This document shows, in pieces, positions 26,263 through 36,334 of a stretch of 64,000 nt of DNA. The first letter of the stretch is position 1, and every line of letters begins with the position of its first letter. The stretch comes from Minisyncoccota bacterium (lineage in GTDB: Bacteria; Patescibacteriota; Minisyncoccia; Phycocordibacterales; UBA1006): positions 57,892-121,891 of the forward strand of contig DASWYC010000002.1 in the NCBI GenBank assembly GCA_036405175.1, read 5' to 3'. The position numbers and the translations under genes were made by a program. The notes under the pieces were generated by a model, which worked only from the letters and a program-made list of their open reading frames with translations, searched no databases and was not told the origin of the DNA.

Positions 26263-27639
26263 ATGAGCAAACAAACACGAAATTTCCCTCTCGATGCTCT
26301 TGTTAGTCTGGCAAAGCAGCGAGGTTTTATCTACCAAGGTTCAGAAATTTACGGGGGGATTGCCGGGATGTTTGATTACGGTCCATTGGGGACACTCCTT
26401 AAAAGAAATATTGTAGACGCATGGGTGAATTATTTTGTGCATGGTCGTGAAGACATGTTCTTGATTGACTCTGCAATTTTGATGAATAAAAAAGTTTGGG
26501 AGGCAGCCGGTCACGTTGAGGAATTTGTTGATCCGCTCGTTGATGATCTTAAAACCAACAAGCGCTATCGTGCTGACCATCTTTTGGAAGATAAAGGAAT
26601 TGATCCATCAAAAATGACGATTGATCAAATGACTCAGGCATTTGTTGATAATAAAATTTTGAGCCCCGAAGGAAATCCTGTTGGACCAGTTCGCAAATTT
26701 AATATGATGCTTGAAACAAAAGTTGGAGCGATGGAAGATTCAAGCGCAATATCGTATCTTCGTCCAGAAACGGCTCAAGGTATCTTTGTGAACTATAAAA
26801 ATATTGTTGATTCATTTGCTCCAAAATTGCCATTTGGAATTGCACAAATTGGTAAGGCATTTAGAAATGAAATTACACCACGTGATTTTATCTTCCGCCT
26901 CCGCGAACTTGAGCAAATGGAGATTGAATATTTCATTAATCCAAACGCAGATTGGCTCGCTATTTTTAATACGCTCTTTGAAGAACAGAAAAAGTTTCTA
27001 GAGTCAGTTGGAGTAAAGGCAGATTCAGTCCATGCCTATGAACATCCGGACGAAGCTCGTTCACATTACTCAAAGAAAACTTTAGACTGGGAATTTGATT
27101 ATCCGTTCGGAACTAAAGAGCTCACCGGTATTGCATATCGTACTAACTACGACCTCACTAAGCATGCTGAGTTTTCAAAAACAAAACTCACCTATTTTGA
27201 CCTTGAAACCAATGAGCACATTGTGCCTCATGTAATTGAGCCAACGTTTGGACTTGATCGACTTGTATTGGCGTTGCTCGTTGATGCGTATGAAGAGCAA
27301 GATCTTGGAGAGGGAAATACGCGCACCGTGCTTCACCTTCAAAAAAATATGGCACCATATTTATGTGCAGTATCACCACTTCTTAAAAACAATCCAGAGA
27401 TGGTTGAAAAAGCTCAAGCTGTATACAAAACCCTTAAAGTGGCCACAAAAGGACGCACCATTTGGGAAGATAACTCAAATATTGGAAAGCGATATCGTCG
27501 TCAGGATGAAATTGGAACACCATACTGTATTGTTGTTGATCATCAAACACTTGAAGACAATACGGTGACCGTGCGTGACCGCGATACGATGGCTCAAGAA
27601 CGTGTTGCAATTGATGAGTTAAAAAACTACATTGCATAG
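26263..27639 (+). CDS. glyQS: glycine--tRNA ligase, homodimeric alpha2 (archaeal/eukaryal-like) type
   Basis: N-terminus RGFIYQGSEIYGGIAGMFDYGPLGTLLKRNI is typical of alpha2 GlyRS; class II motifs present. Confidence 0.9.
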   Translation: MSKQTRNFPLDALVSLAKQRGFIYQGSEIYGGIAGMFDYGPLGTLLKRNIVDAWVNYFVHGREDMFLIDSAILMNKKVWEAAGHVEEFVDPLVDDLKTNKRYRADHLLEDKGIDPSKMTIDQMTQAFVDNKILSPEGNPVGPVRKFNMMLETKVGAMEDSSAISYLRPETAQGIFVNYKNIVDSFAPKLPFGIAQIGKAFRNEITPRDFIFRLRELEQMEIEYFINPNADWLAIFNTLFEEQKKFLESVGVKADSVHAYEHPDEARSHYSKKTLDWEFDYPFGTKELTGIAYRTNYDLTKHAEFSKTKLTYFDLETNEHIVPHVIEPTFGLDRLVLALLVDAYEEQDLGEGNTRTVLHLQKNMAPYLCAVSPLLKNNPEMVEKAQAVYKTLKVATKGRTIWEDNSNIGKRYRRQDEIGTPYCIVVDHQTLEDNTVTVRDRDTMAQERVAIDELKNYIA

Positions 27640-27642
27640 CCT

Positions 27643-28914
27643 ATGTATCAAGAAAGAAAATTAAACAATGGGACTCGGTTGGTAACGTATCATCAAAAAG
27701 ATCTTGATACGGTAACTATGATGGTGCTTGTAAAGACGGGAGCGCTCTTTGAAGATGCTCATGAAAAAGGGATCGCACATTTCCTTGAGCATATGTGTTT
27801 TAAAGATACTAAAAACTACACCAAAGAAGATTTGTTGAAAGAATTTGAAATGCGCGGTGCGGTTTCGAATGCATTTACGGCATATGAATGTACGGCATAC
27901 TATGCAAAAACCACAAAAGATATGTATGAGGAGGTATTTCCTTTGATTAGTGAAATCTATCACTACCCTCAATTTCCTGAAGATGAAATTGTTATTGAGA
28001 AGGGAGTAGTTATTGGCGAAATTAATATGAATAAAGATTTGCCACAGATGATGACGTATAAAAAGCATCAAGAGTTTTTGTATGGCATAGGAAAGCCGCA
28101 TGGAGATGCTATTTTAGGAAGTATTGAATCGGTAAATTCATTAACGCGTGACATGCTAAAAGACTTTCATGATCGTTTCTATATTCCAGAAAATACGGTT
28201 ATTATGATCGCAGGTAACTTTGATGAATCAAACATTGTTGAATTATGTGAAAAACATTTTACCAAACCGGCCGGCTCACCAGTGCTGCCAATACCTCCTA
28301 CGCAGCAAAGCACAGGTGGGGCTATTAATCTTGTTGAAAAAGAATCAGAGCAGTCGCATATTATTTACTCATACAATACAGAGTCTTTTTATCATAAAGA
28401 TGCAACGCTTTTGACCGTACTCGGTAATATTCTTGGACAAGGGCTTACCTCGCGTCTCTTTATGCGGCTCCGTGAAAAAATGGGAGCAGGGTATTATGCG
28501 CAAGCTGAACTTGATGAGACCTATGATGCCGGAGCACTTTTGATTGCAACAGGCACCGAGCATGCTCGTGTGCAAGAGGTAATTATGGCAATCCACGATG
28601 AATGTACCAAGCTTATTAATGAAGAAATTTCAGAGGCAGAACTTAAGAAAGTGAAAGATATGACGTTAGCGCGTCATATTATGGGGCTTGAATCAAGTGA
28701 TAGTCGGGCAGATTACAACGGAGTGCGTGCAATTCTTGGGTTGCCAGAGCGTAATGCAGAAACGCTCAAGCATGAGCTTGAAGTGATTACACCTGCGGAT
28801 GTGATCCGGATTGCTCGTCAGTATTTTATACCGGAAACTCTGCTTGTTACCGTTGTGGGTCCAGCACTCGTGCGTGAACAAATTGATGCATGCCACGCGC
28901 AACTTTTTAACTAA
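27643..28914 (+). CDS. M16-family (insulinase/pitrilysin-like) zinc peptidase
   Basis: Inverted zinc motif HFLEH (HxxEH) near the N-terminus; 423 aa. Confidence 0.8.
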   Translation: MYQERKLNNGTRLVTYHQKDLDTVTMMVLVKTGALFEDAHEKGIAHFLEHMCFKDTKNYTKEDLLKEFEMRGAVSNAFTAYECTAYYAKTTKDMYEEVFPLISEIYHYPQFPEDEIVIEKGVVIGEINMNKDLPQMMTYKKHQEFLYGIGKPHGDAILGSIESVNSLTRDMLKDFHDRFYIPENTVIMIAGNFDESNIVELCEKHFTKPAGSPVLPIPPTQQSTGGAINLVEKESEQSHIIYSYNTESFYHKDATLLTVLGNILGQGLTSRLFMRLREKMGAGYYAQAELDETYDAGALLIATGTEHARVQEVIMAIHDECTKLINEEISEAELKKVKDMTLARHIMGLESSDSRADYNGVRAILGLPERNAETLKHELEVITPADVIRIARQYFIPETLLVTVVGPALVREQIDACHAQLFN

Positions 28915-28964
28915 CTTTCCACTGAACTCAGGGGTTCATGAAAAAATACTTGGTGTGATATACT

Positions 28965-30068
28965 GTGCCTATGAAAGATGGCAAGATGGAAATCTCAATC
29001 CGATCAACCACACTTATTAAAATTGGTGTTTTTGCTGGAATTGCATACCTAGTAACGCAAGTGTGGAGCTTCCTTCTAATTATCCTCTGTGCTGTGGTAT
29101 TGGCAGCATTCGTTGAAAGTCTTGCTGATGGATTGGTAAAATATAAAATTCCACGAGGACTCGCAATTGTGATGGTGTATTTGATTATGATTGTTGCAAT
29201 CAGTGGATTGCTCTATGCCCTTATCCCGCTCTTTGCAAGTGAGCTCTCAGGAATTTTTGCATTGCTTCCAAACAGTGAAGAAGGTTCATCTATTTTTCAA
29301 GCATTTGGTGACTTTATTAATGCTAAAGAAGTATTTTCACAGGTAAGCCAAGGTGGCGGAGCGGCAGCAGGATCAGGGCTAGCTGATCTTAAGAGTTTGG
29401 TTTCATTATTGTCTGGCGGAATTCTTAAAACTATTTCTTCAAGTTTAGGAGGAATTGTCAACGCAGTGTTGTTGGTAATCATTTCACTCTATTTAGCAAT
29501 GCAGAAGCGTAGTGTTCATAAGTTTTTAAAAGCAGTAACACCCTATGAATATGAACCGTATGCAATCTCGCTCTGGGCTCGCACCGAGAAAAAAATTGGT
29601 TCATGGTTTAAGGGGCAGCTTCTTTCAGCATTCATTGTTGCCGTACTTACTGCTATCGGACTCTTCTTCTTGAAAGTTCCGTATGTTATTTTGCTTTCAG
29701 CATTTGCGGCCATCATGGGACTTATTCCGTTTGGAATTATTTTGGCAACTATTCCTGCGCTCATTATTGCGTTCTTGGCGGGAGGGTTTGAACTCTTTGC
29801 ACTTACCGGGTTGCTATACTTTGTGATCCAGCAGATTGAAGGATACGTAATTCATCCGTTGGTGCTCAATAAGGCTACCGGAGTTCCGTCACTCATTATT
29901 ATGTTGTCTTTGATTGTTGGAGGAAAGATTGCAGGAATTGTTGGTGTATTCCTTGGTTTGCCAATCTCAATTATGCTTACCGAGATTGTAAACGATCTTG
30001 AAGCTAAAAAACAAAATAAACGTGCGTTATTTGAAACTCCGGTTTCAGAAGAAATTACTGCTGAATAA
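28965..30068 (+). CDS. AI-2E family transporter (PerM/YhhT/TqsA-like, UPF0118)
   Basis: 367 aa, about 8 TM helices, characteristic topology and motifs. Confidence 0.7.
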   Translation: MPMKDGKMEISIRSTTLIKIGVFAGIAYLVTQVWSFLLIILCAVVLAAFVESLADGLVKYKIPRGLAIVMVYLIMIVAISGLLYALIPLFASELSGIFALLPNSEEGSSIFQAFGDFINAKEVFSQVSQGGGAAAGSGLADLKSLVSLLSGGILKTISSSLGGIVNAVLLVIISLYLAMQKRSVHKFLKAVTPYEYEPYAISLWARTEKKIGSWFKGQLLSAFIVAVLTAIGLFFLKVPYVILLSAFAAIMGLIPFGIILATIPALIIAFLAGGFELFALTGLLYFVIQQIEGYVIHPLVLNKATGVPSLIIMLSLIVGGKIAGIVGVFLGLPISIMLTEIVNDLEAKKQNKRALFETPVSEEITAE

Positions 30069-30104
30069 AAAACTCCTTTTCGATTTATCAAAAAGGAGTT
30101 TCAT
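30067..30104. terminator. hairpin terminator (AAAACTCCTTTT / AAAAGGAGTTT) between convergent genes
   Basis: Seen directly. Confidence 0.6.
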
Positions 30105-30122
30105 CTATTAGTACAAAAGCAA

Positions 30123-30491
30123 TCAATCTTCACCTCTAAAGTGCTCTTTAAGAAGAGTGAGTAGTTTTTCTATTTCTTGAGTATTAGTTAAATCTAACGT
30201 GTTTTTATCCGATGCCGTAAGGGTGGGTCTTGGATAGATGATTGTCTTTTTAAATTGAAGACAATAAACTATACTTCCTGTTGCATAGAGATCCAGAAAA
30301 GCTCGGGCCTTTTCTTTTTCAATACGAAAGCGTGCTACGCCAAAAGGATATGTTGTTTTAACTTCTGTTCCAAGCTCCTTCTGTAAAAGAAGGGCAATTT
30401 GTTGAGCATTAGTTTTGAGTTGCTCTTTTTGCCTATTGAGTCGTTCTGAGATTTTTATAATTTTCATTTTAATAAGTTTATGATTCATCAT
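30123..30491 (-). CDS. hypothetical protein
   Basis: 122-aa ORF, divergent from gatC. Confidence 0.3.
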   Translation of the reverse strand: MMNHKLIKMKIIKISERLNRQKEQLKTNAQQIALLLQKELGTEVKTTYPFGVARFRIEKEKARAFLDLYATGSIVYCLQFKKTIIYPRPTLTASDKNTLDLTNTQEIEKLLTLLKEHFRGED

Positions 30492-30561
30492 TATCGTACG
30501 CTTAAATCGTTATACTCGCAAGCTTCTTTCAAAATGGGTTCAAAAATGCTACAATCCACGC

Positions 30562-30828
30562 ATGGAAATCAATACGTCGTACTTGGCAAATCTTGCACGT
30601 ATCCACTCAGATCGTGTATCAGAAGGCCTTAAATCAAGCATTGCAAGTATTCTGGAATTTGTAGATAAACTTGCCGGAGCAGAGGTTAAGAGTTTTAAAA
30701 ATACCAATTATAACCGCACACGCCCAGACAACGTAGAAAATTTTGCATTCTCTCGAGAATTGCTTCTCAAAAATTTCCCACAACAACAGGATGGATTTTT
30801 AGTCGTTCCACAAATTTTGAAAAAATAA
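30562..30828 (+). CDS. gatC: Asp/Glu-tRNA amidotransferase subunit C
   Basis: 88 aa, immediately upstream of gatA with a 1-nt spacer; typical GatC size and pattern. Confidence 0.7.
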   Translation: MEINTSYLANLARIHSDRVSEGLKSSIASILEFVDKLAGAEVKSFKNTNYNRTRPDNVENFAFSRELLLKNFPQQQDGFLVVPQILKK

Positions 30829-30829
30829 T

Positions 30830-32251
30830 ATGATTGATACTGATTCACTTACTATTACAGAAGCACGCAAGTTATTAGGTGCAGGAACTATTACCAGTTC
30901 AGAGCTTACACAAGTCTATCTTGAAGAAATTGAGCGTGAAAACGGAGAGCTTAATGCATTTATTGAAATCTATGAAGATGCACTTGATTCTGCAGCTATT
31001 GCAGATAAATCAAATGGCTCAGGAGTTTTGCACGGTATTCCAATGGGAATTAAAGATAATATTTTAATTGAAGGAAAGCATGCGTCATCAGGGTCAAAGA
31101 TTTTGAAGGATTATGTTGCATCGTACGATGCGCATGTGATTACTGAGCTTAAAAAAGCCGGAGCATTGTTTATTGGTCGCACCAATATGGACGAATTTGG
31201 GATGGGATCTTCAACAGAATCATCACACTATGGCCCAACAAAAAACCCCGTAGATCCAACACGGGTACCAGGAGGCTCATCAGGAGGTTCGGCAGCAGCA
31301 GTAGCTTCAGGAATGGTGCCAGTGGCACTTGGATCAGACACAGGAGGTTCATCGCGCCAACCGGCAAGTTTTTGCGGTATTGTTGGATTCAAGCCAACGT
31401 ATGGAACCGTGTCTCGTCGTGGGTTGATGGCACTTGCCAGTTCACTTGATCAGGTGGGTGTATTAGCGAAGACATGCAATGATGCCAACTTGGTGTATAC
31501 CGTAATCTCAACCGAAGATCAGTTTGACGCCACAAACATTCCAATGAGTGAACGAGCGACTACTAAGAAGGAGATTAAGAAGGTTGGTGTACTGAGAAAT
31601 TTTGTAGCATCACAAAACATTGATGCATCAGTTAAGGATGCATATGAAAAGTTTTTGAATGAACTTGAAGCTGCCGGACATGAATTGGTGGAAATTGATA
31701 CTCAGCTCTTTGTTGATGCTATCTCCGTGTACTATATTATTCTTCCTTGCGAAGCATCATCAAACCTTGCACGATATGACGGTGTACGTTTTGGATTGCG
31801 CGAAGATTATGTAGATCTGCTTGAACAGTACGTATATACTCGTGCATCAGGATTTGGAGATGAAGTGGTGCGCCGTATTCTACTGGGAACATTCTCTCTT
31901 TCTGCAGGATATAAAGATGCCTACTATGGAAAAGCAAATGCTAAGCGTCAAGAAATTACCGCAACATTCCGTAAGCTCTTTGCGGAACAAGTTGATGCGA
32001 TTGTGACACCAACTGCACCAACACCAGCATTTAAGATTGGAGGAATTTCTTCGGCACTTGAGATGTACATGCAGGATCTCTTCACGTTGCCAATCAATAT
32101 TGCAGGAGTTCCATGTGTTTCAATTCCATATACTCATGACGAGGCAGGACTTCCAATTGGAATGCAGATTATTGGAGACTATTTTAGTGATCACACTATT
32201 CTTGATTTTGGAACTAAATTTGAAAAACTTACTCCATTCAAACAGAGCTAG
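30830..32251 (+). CDS. gatA: Asp/Glu-tRNA amidotransferase subunit A (amidase signature family)
   Basis: Amidase signature [12 protein letters not shown], Ser-cisSer-Lys triad context. Confidence 0.9.
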   Translation: MIDTDSLTITEARKLLGAGTITSSELTQVYLEEIERENGELNAFIEIYEDALDSAAIADKSNGSGVLHGIPMGIKDNILIEGKHASSGSKILKDYVASYDAHVITELKKAGALFIGRTNMDEFGMGSSTESSHYGPTKNPVDPTRVPGGSSGGSAAAVASGMVPVALGSDTGGSSRQPASFCGIVGFKPTYGTVSRRGLMALASSLDQVGVLAKTCNDANLVYTVISTEDQFDATNIPMSERATTKKEIKKVGVLRNFVASQNIDASVKDAYEKFLNELEAAGHELVEIDTQLFVDAISVYYIILPCEASSNLARYDGVRFGLREDYVDLLEQYVYTRASGFGDEVVRRILLGTFSLSAGYKDAYYGKANAKRQEITATFRKLFAEQVDAIVTPTAPTPAFKIGGISSALEMYMQDLFTLPINIAGVPCVSIPYTHDEAGLPIGMQIIGDYFSDHTILDFGTKFEKLTPFKQS

Positions 32252-32277
32252 TCTCTGTTTTTTGGTATACTAAAGCT

Positions 32278-32811
32278 ATGTTTGCATTCTTGCTTGATCC
32301 CCTCGTAAATTCTGGAATTACCAAAGGAGTTTTTGGGCTTTTGACCAATAACGGCTTAATTGGTTTTGCGTCACTATTAACATTTCTTGGTTTGATGGCA
32401 ATTGGATATTCATATATTCGTATTAAAGAAATTAAAAAAGAAGAAGATGAGAAGTGGACAAACTTTTTTGTACGCAAATATGAGACACAGCAGGCTCAGC
32501 CATCGCGATGGGAGACTATTCGAGGACTTTTTCTTTCTGATGCAGAAGAGAAGTGGCGTTTGGCGATTATTGAAGCTGATTCGTTAATTGAAGAATTATT
32601 ACGTGCAAAAGGCGTGCCAGGTGCAACATTTGCTGACATGCTAAAAGCTAATCCGCCATTTCTTGCGCCCGTGATTCAGCAGGTATGGGGAGTGCATATT
32701 ATGCGTAATCGTATTGCTCATGAAGGGCTTATGTTTAAGGTTGATCGACGATTAGCAAATCATGCGTATCAGGTGTACGAGGCTGCAGTGAATATGATTC
32801 AGGCAGCGTAG
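32278..32811 (+). CDS. membrane-anchored protein with C-terminal HEPN-like (DUF4145-like) domain
   Basis: Two N-terminal TM helices. C-terminal helical domain with an Rx4H motif (RNRIAHEG). Confidence 0.35.
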   Translation: MFAFLLDPLVNSGITKGVFGLLTNNGLIGFASLLTFLGLMAIGYSYIRIKEIKKEEDEKWTNFFVRKYETQQAQPSRWETIRGLFLSDAEEKWRLAIIEADSLIEELLRAKGVPGATFADMLKANPPFLAPVIQQVWGVHIMRNRIAHEGLMFKVDRRLANHAYQVYEAAVNMIQAA

Positions 32812-32822
32812 AGTGAACTAAG

Positions 32823-32858
32823 AAAAGGGTGGTCGGCTTTGCCGACCACCCTTTTTCT
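32823..32858 (+). terminator. rho-independent terminator (GGGTGGTCGGC / GCCGACCACCC + T-tract)
   Basis: Perfect 11-bp stem. Confidence 0.7.
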
Positions 32859-32918
32859 TACACTAACTTCTAAGTCCACTGAAAAATCCCACCATTTCTG
32901 GTCGGATTTTTCTTCTTG

Positions 32919-32989
32919 TTGCGGAGGTCCGAATCGAACGGACATCCCAGGGTTATGAGCCCCGTGAGTTACCTTTACTCCACTCCGCG
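32919..32989 (-). tRNA. initiator tRNA-fMet (anticodon CAT)
   Basis: Hand-folded cloverleaf. C1·A72 mismatch, A11:U24, three consecutive G:C pairs at 29-31:39-41, T-loop TTCGATT. No CCA encoded. Confidence 0.8.
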
Positions 32990-33070
32990 AGCCCCTCAAC
33001 TATACCAAACAAACAAAAAATTGGCAAACTAGGTATTGCACCACGTATACCTGATATACTAGAAGTATAT

Positions 33071-33442
33071 ATGAAGAAATCACTCAAATTTATCCTTATC
33101 GGGATAATTGGAATTGTTATTGGATTTGTGGGCGGTCGTTTTATTCGCGTTCAGCCAGCTCCAATGGATCATTCTCAAATGGGAATGGGTGACCAGATGT
33201 CATCAATGACCACTTCAATCAAAGATTTGAAAGGGGATGAGTTTGATAAAAAGTTTCTTGAAGAAATGATCGTGCATCACCAGGGCGCAGTAGACATGGC
33301 ACGTTTAGTGCTTAAAAATAGCCAAAGGGAAGAGCTTAAGGCACTCGCCAGTGATATTGTGAGTGCTCAAACGAAAGAAATTAGCATGATGAAAGAGTGG
33401 CTTAAAACGTGGTTTGCACCCGCTGGAACTAAAAAGAAATAA
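33071..33442 (+). CDS. DUF305-family secreted/anchored protein
   Basis: N-terminal TM/signal. HHQGAVDMA motif characteristic of DUF305. Confidence 0.65.
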   Translation: MKKSLKFILIGIIGIVIGFVGGRFIRVQPAPMDHSQMGMGDQMSSMTTSIKDLKGDEFDKKFLEEMIVHHQGAVDMARLVLKNSQREELKALASDIVSAQTKEISMMKEWLKTWFAPAGTKKK

Positions 33443-33443
33443 G

Positions 33444-33484
33444 CAAATATCCCAGATCACCTAGGTGACCTGGGATATTTCTTG
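33444..33484. terminator. long hairpin (AAATATCCCAGATCACC / GGTGACCTGGGATATTT), bidirectional terminator for the DUF305 gene and the minus-strand tRNA
   Basis: 17-bp stem with one mismatch; T-runs on both sides. Confidence 0.6.
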
Positions 33485-33558
33485 TGTCAGAGGGCGGACT
33501 TGAACCGCCGACCTGAGGTTTATGAATCCTCCGCTCTAACCAGCTGAGCTACACTGAC
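33485..33558 (-). tRNA. elongator tRNA with CAT anticodon (tRNA-Met or lysidine-type tRNA-Ile2)
   Basis: Hand-folded. D-arm GCTCAGCTGGTTAGAGC, anticodon loop TTCATAA, T-arm GGCGGTTCAAGTCCGCC (Ile2-like in E. coli), C11:G24. Confidence 0.75.
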
Positions 33559-33791
33559 AGTCACCATAGTATACAAAAAAATCAATATTTTTCAACACTA
33601 TTTTATGTTTCAAAAATCACTAAAAATTCATACGCAGTGGCTAATTCTGTCACAATAAGATTTGTCATAATCCATCTAGTCAAAAAAAGCTATATATGGT
33701 ATGGTAAGAGGGCTTGAGGACTCGACCAGAGAGGGCTTTTGACACCCTTTTCCTCCTGCATATTATTAGAAATTTCGTCAAAAACCATAAT

Positions 33792-34317
33792 TATGGACGA
33801 CATTCAATCAACAAAAGTTTACGAACTTGGATATCATCTTCTTTCAACACTCGGAGAAGCTGAAGTTGCTAAATTTCACAGTGATGTAACTGCTCTTGTA
33901 ACAAGCAAGGGCGGAGAAATCATTTCAGAAATGGCGCCGGAACTTATCCGTCTCGCATATCCAATGTTCAAGGTTATCGATAACAAACGAATCTCATTTG
34001 AAACCGCACACTTTGGCGTAATCAAATTTGAGGGAACCATTGAGCTTCTTGAAGAAGTTGCTCAGATGGTAAAGATCCACAAGGGAGTTCTTCGCCACCT
34101 TCTTATCAACACTGTTCGCGAGGATACGCTTGCTAAAAAGCGTCCTATGCGTGGCATTCAACGAGCATCAAAGTCTGATGAATCAGAAACCGAAGCAGAA
34201 GCTCCTGTAGCAGCTGCAGAAGAACCTGAAGTTAAGGACGATGTGCAAGACGATGAAATGCAAAACAAGATTAATAAATTGGTTGAAGAAGATCTCACAG
34301 TCGAAGGTGATGAATAA
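33792..34317 (+). CDS. rpsF: 30S ribosomal protein S6 with acidic C-terminal tail
   Basis: YELGYHL...LAYPM...HFGVIKFEG pattern. Start at MDDIQSTKVYE. The rpsF-ssb-rpsR gene order is conserved across bacteria. Confidence 0.8.
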
Positions 34318-34340
34318 TTAATAACTCATTCTTAATCTGT

Positions 34341-34805
34341 ATGTATCTTAATAAAATCTATATTCTCGGAAATCTTACCCAAAATCCAGAACTTAAAACA
34401 CTTCCTACGGGAAATAAAGTGTGTACGTTCTCGGTAGCTACTAATCGTACCTGGAAGGACGCTGCAACCGGACAAAAAAAGGACGCAGTTGAATTCCACT
34501 CAATCGTAACCTATGGTCGTCAGGCAGAAATCTGCGGACAATACCTTCAAAAAGGTTCACAACTCTTAGTGGAAGGACGCGTGCAAACTCGTTCATGGGA
34601 TGATACTGATGGCAAAAAGCGCTATCGTACCGAGGTAATTGCAGAAAATATTCAACTTGGAAATCGCCCACAAGGCGGTTCAGCTCCGCGCGACTTTGGA
34701 TCTGATAATCAGATTCCTCAAACTGACGAGCCAAAACAAGCAGCTCCAGCAATGGATGCAATTGAATATCCAGCTGATGTAGATTTAGAAGATATCCCAT
34801 TTTAA
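34341..34805 (+). CDS. ssb: single-stranded DNA-binding protein
   Basis: OB fold and a C-terminal acidic tail ending DIPF. Confidence 0.9.
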   Translation: MYLNKIYILGNLTQNPELKTLPTGNKVCTFSVATNRTWKDAATGQKKDAVEFHSIVTYGRQAEICGQYLQKGSQLLVEGRVQTRSWDDTDGKKRYRTEVIAENIQLGNRPQGGSAPRDFGSDNQIPQTDEPKQAAPAMDAIEYPADVDLEDIPF

Positions 34806-34816
34806 GATAAATCAAT

Positions 34817-35014
34817 ATGCAATGTTTTTTCAAACAAAACGGAATTAAACACATCGATTACAAAGATGTTGATCTTTTGAAGCGATTTTTGTCACCTTCA
34901 GGAAAGATCTTGCCTGCACGTCGTGCGGGAGTATGCCGAAAGAATCAACGAAAACTTTCAGCAGCCATTAAACGTGCTCGATTTATGGGATTCCTCCCAT
35001 ACATCCAAGGATAG
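34817..35014 (+). CDS. rpsR: 30S ribosomal protein S18
   Basis: [36 protein letters not shown] is typical S18. Confidence 0.9.
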   Translation: MQCFFKQNGIKHIDYKDVDLLKRFLSPSGKILPARRAGVCRKNQRKLSAAIKRARFMGFLPYIQG

Positions 35015-35030
35015 GGTATACTAGAACTCT

Positions 35031-35630
35031 ATGGCACTTTTAGATTACAACGAGGTAACACTCAAAAAGTATGTGGTGGTAGATGGAGAACCCTATGAAG
35101 TAGTGGACTCACATGTTGCTCGTACTCAGATGAGAAAACCTACCAATAAGACCAAGCTTAAAAGCCTCATTTCTGGACGCGTGATCGAACAGGTATTCCA
35201 AGTTTCTGATCGCGTTGAAGAAGCTGATATTTCTAAGAAACCAATTACCTTCTTGTATAAAAACGAGAAGAAAGCTGAGTTTTGGTTCAGCTGGCCTGAT
35301 AATCCAAAAGATCGTTTTGTCCTTGATGACAAAATTGTTGGAGATCAGATTAAATATATTAAAGAGAAATCAGAAGTTGAAGCGCAAGTATTTACCCTTA
35401 AAGACGGGGAAGAGAAAATCATCGGAATTAAGTATCCCATGAAGGTTGATCTTCGTGTTGTGGAAGCTCCACCTTCAATCAAGGGAGACACCGCTACCGG
35501 TGGAACCAAGGTTGTGGTACTCGAGACTGGTGCAACCGTAAACGCTCCGCTCTTCATCAATGAAGGGGAACTCATTAAAGTAAATATTGAAACTGGAGAA
35601 TACTCAGAACGAGTTAATGAGTCTAAATAA
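35031..35630 (+). CDS. efp: elongation factor P
   Basis: KOW-like N-domain with a basic loop (QMRKPTNKTKLKS); three-domain length. Confidence 0.9.
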   Translation: MALLDYNEVTLKKYVVVDGEPYEVVDSHVARTQMRKPTNKTKLKSLISGRVIEQVFQVSDRVEEADISKKPITFLYKNEKKAEFWFSWPDNPKDRFVLDDKIVGDQIKYIKEKSEVEAQVFTLKDGEEKIIGIKYPMKVDLRVVEAPPSIKGDTATGGTKVVVLETGATVNAPLFINEGELIKVNIETGEYSERVNESK

Positions 35631-35647
35631 CAACATTGTTTGTTAAT

Positions 35648-35680
35648 CAAAACCCGCAGAAATGCGGATTTTGTATTTTG
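35648..35680 (+). terminator. hairpin terminator (AAAACCCGCA GAAA TGCGGATTTT)
   Basis: Seen directly. It overlaps the 5' end of the annotated ORF 35636. Confidence 0.5.
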
Positions 35681-35728
35681 TTGAGATTTATGTATAATCC
35701 CAAACAGAACCAAACCTTATCAATTACA

Positions 35729-36268
35729 ATGAAAACAAAAAAGCAAGAAAGGGTGTTCTTTGGGAAAGTGGATTATCAGAATCTTAAAGCGCCTTCATAT
35801 TTAAATCAATTAATTCTTGCTTTAACAACGATATTAAAGTTTATCGCACTAAGGCAGGTATTTTCAGGAAAAGCCTCTACAAACAAACAGGCCTTGCATT
35901 TGATAAAGCATATTCAAAGTTCGATAAGAAGTATTCAAGGAAACTTTGAGTTAAACGAGATAGATCTTGTTCTCAGGTCAAACTTTCGTAACGAACGTTT
36001 TGATAAATTTGTGAGCTTGGAAGTGTGTGAAGAGCAAAAATACTTTCTCGTTGCTATTGCTATACAGAATGTTGCGAAGGAGTTTAATAGAGACTTTTTA
36101 GAGCTCGTTGAAATTGTTGGTAAGAAACCATGGGTGGGCAATCGACAGGTTATTCCTGAAGACTTGGTTAATTCTTCGGAAAAAGAAATCAATTGGCGTG
36201 CTGTAAGTAATTTTGAAAAAATTATTTTCCACGCTCTTGATTGTCCTAAGTCAGGGGACATTATGTAA
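35729..36268 (+). CDS. hypothetical protein
   Basis: Start moved to MKTKKQERV, downstream of the efp terminator. Confidence 0.35.
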   Translation: MKTKKQERVFFGKVDYQNLKAPSYLNQLILALTTILKFIALRQVFSGKASTNKQALHLIKHIQSSIRSIQGNFELNEIDLVLRSNFRNERFDKFVSLEVCEEQKYFLVAIAIQNVAKEFNRDFLELVEIVGKKPWVGNRQVIPEDLVNSSEKEINWRAVSNFEKIIFHALDCPKSGDIM

Positions 36269-36284
36269 AAAACCCTTTATTATA

Positions 36285-36319
36285 AAAGCTCTCACTGTTT
36301 GTGCAGTGAGAGCTTTTTA
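36285..36319. terminator. hairpin terminator (AAAGCTCTCACTG / CAGTGAGAGCTTT), bidirectional (convergent with recA)
   Basis: Perfect 13-bp stem. Confidence 0.7.
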
Positions 36320-36334
36320 CATTTAGTTTTACTA

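Noticed and set aside
32799-32999. 66-aa minus-strand ORF
   Set aside because: It overlaps the initiator tRNA gene and a terminator, so it is not coding.
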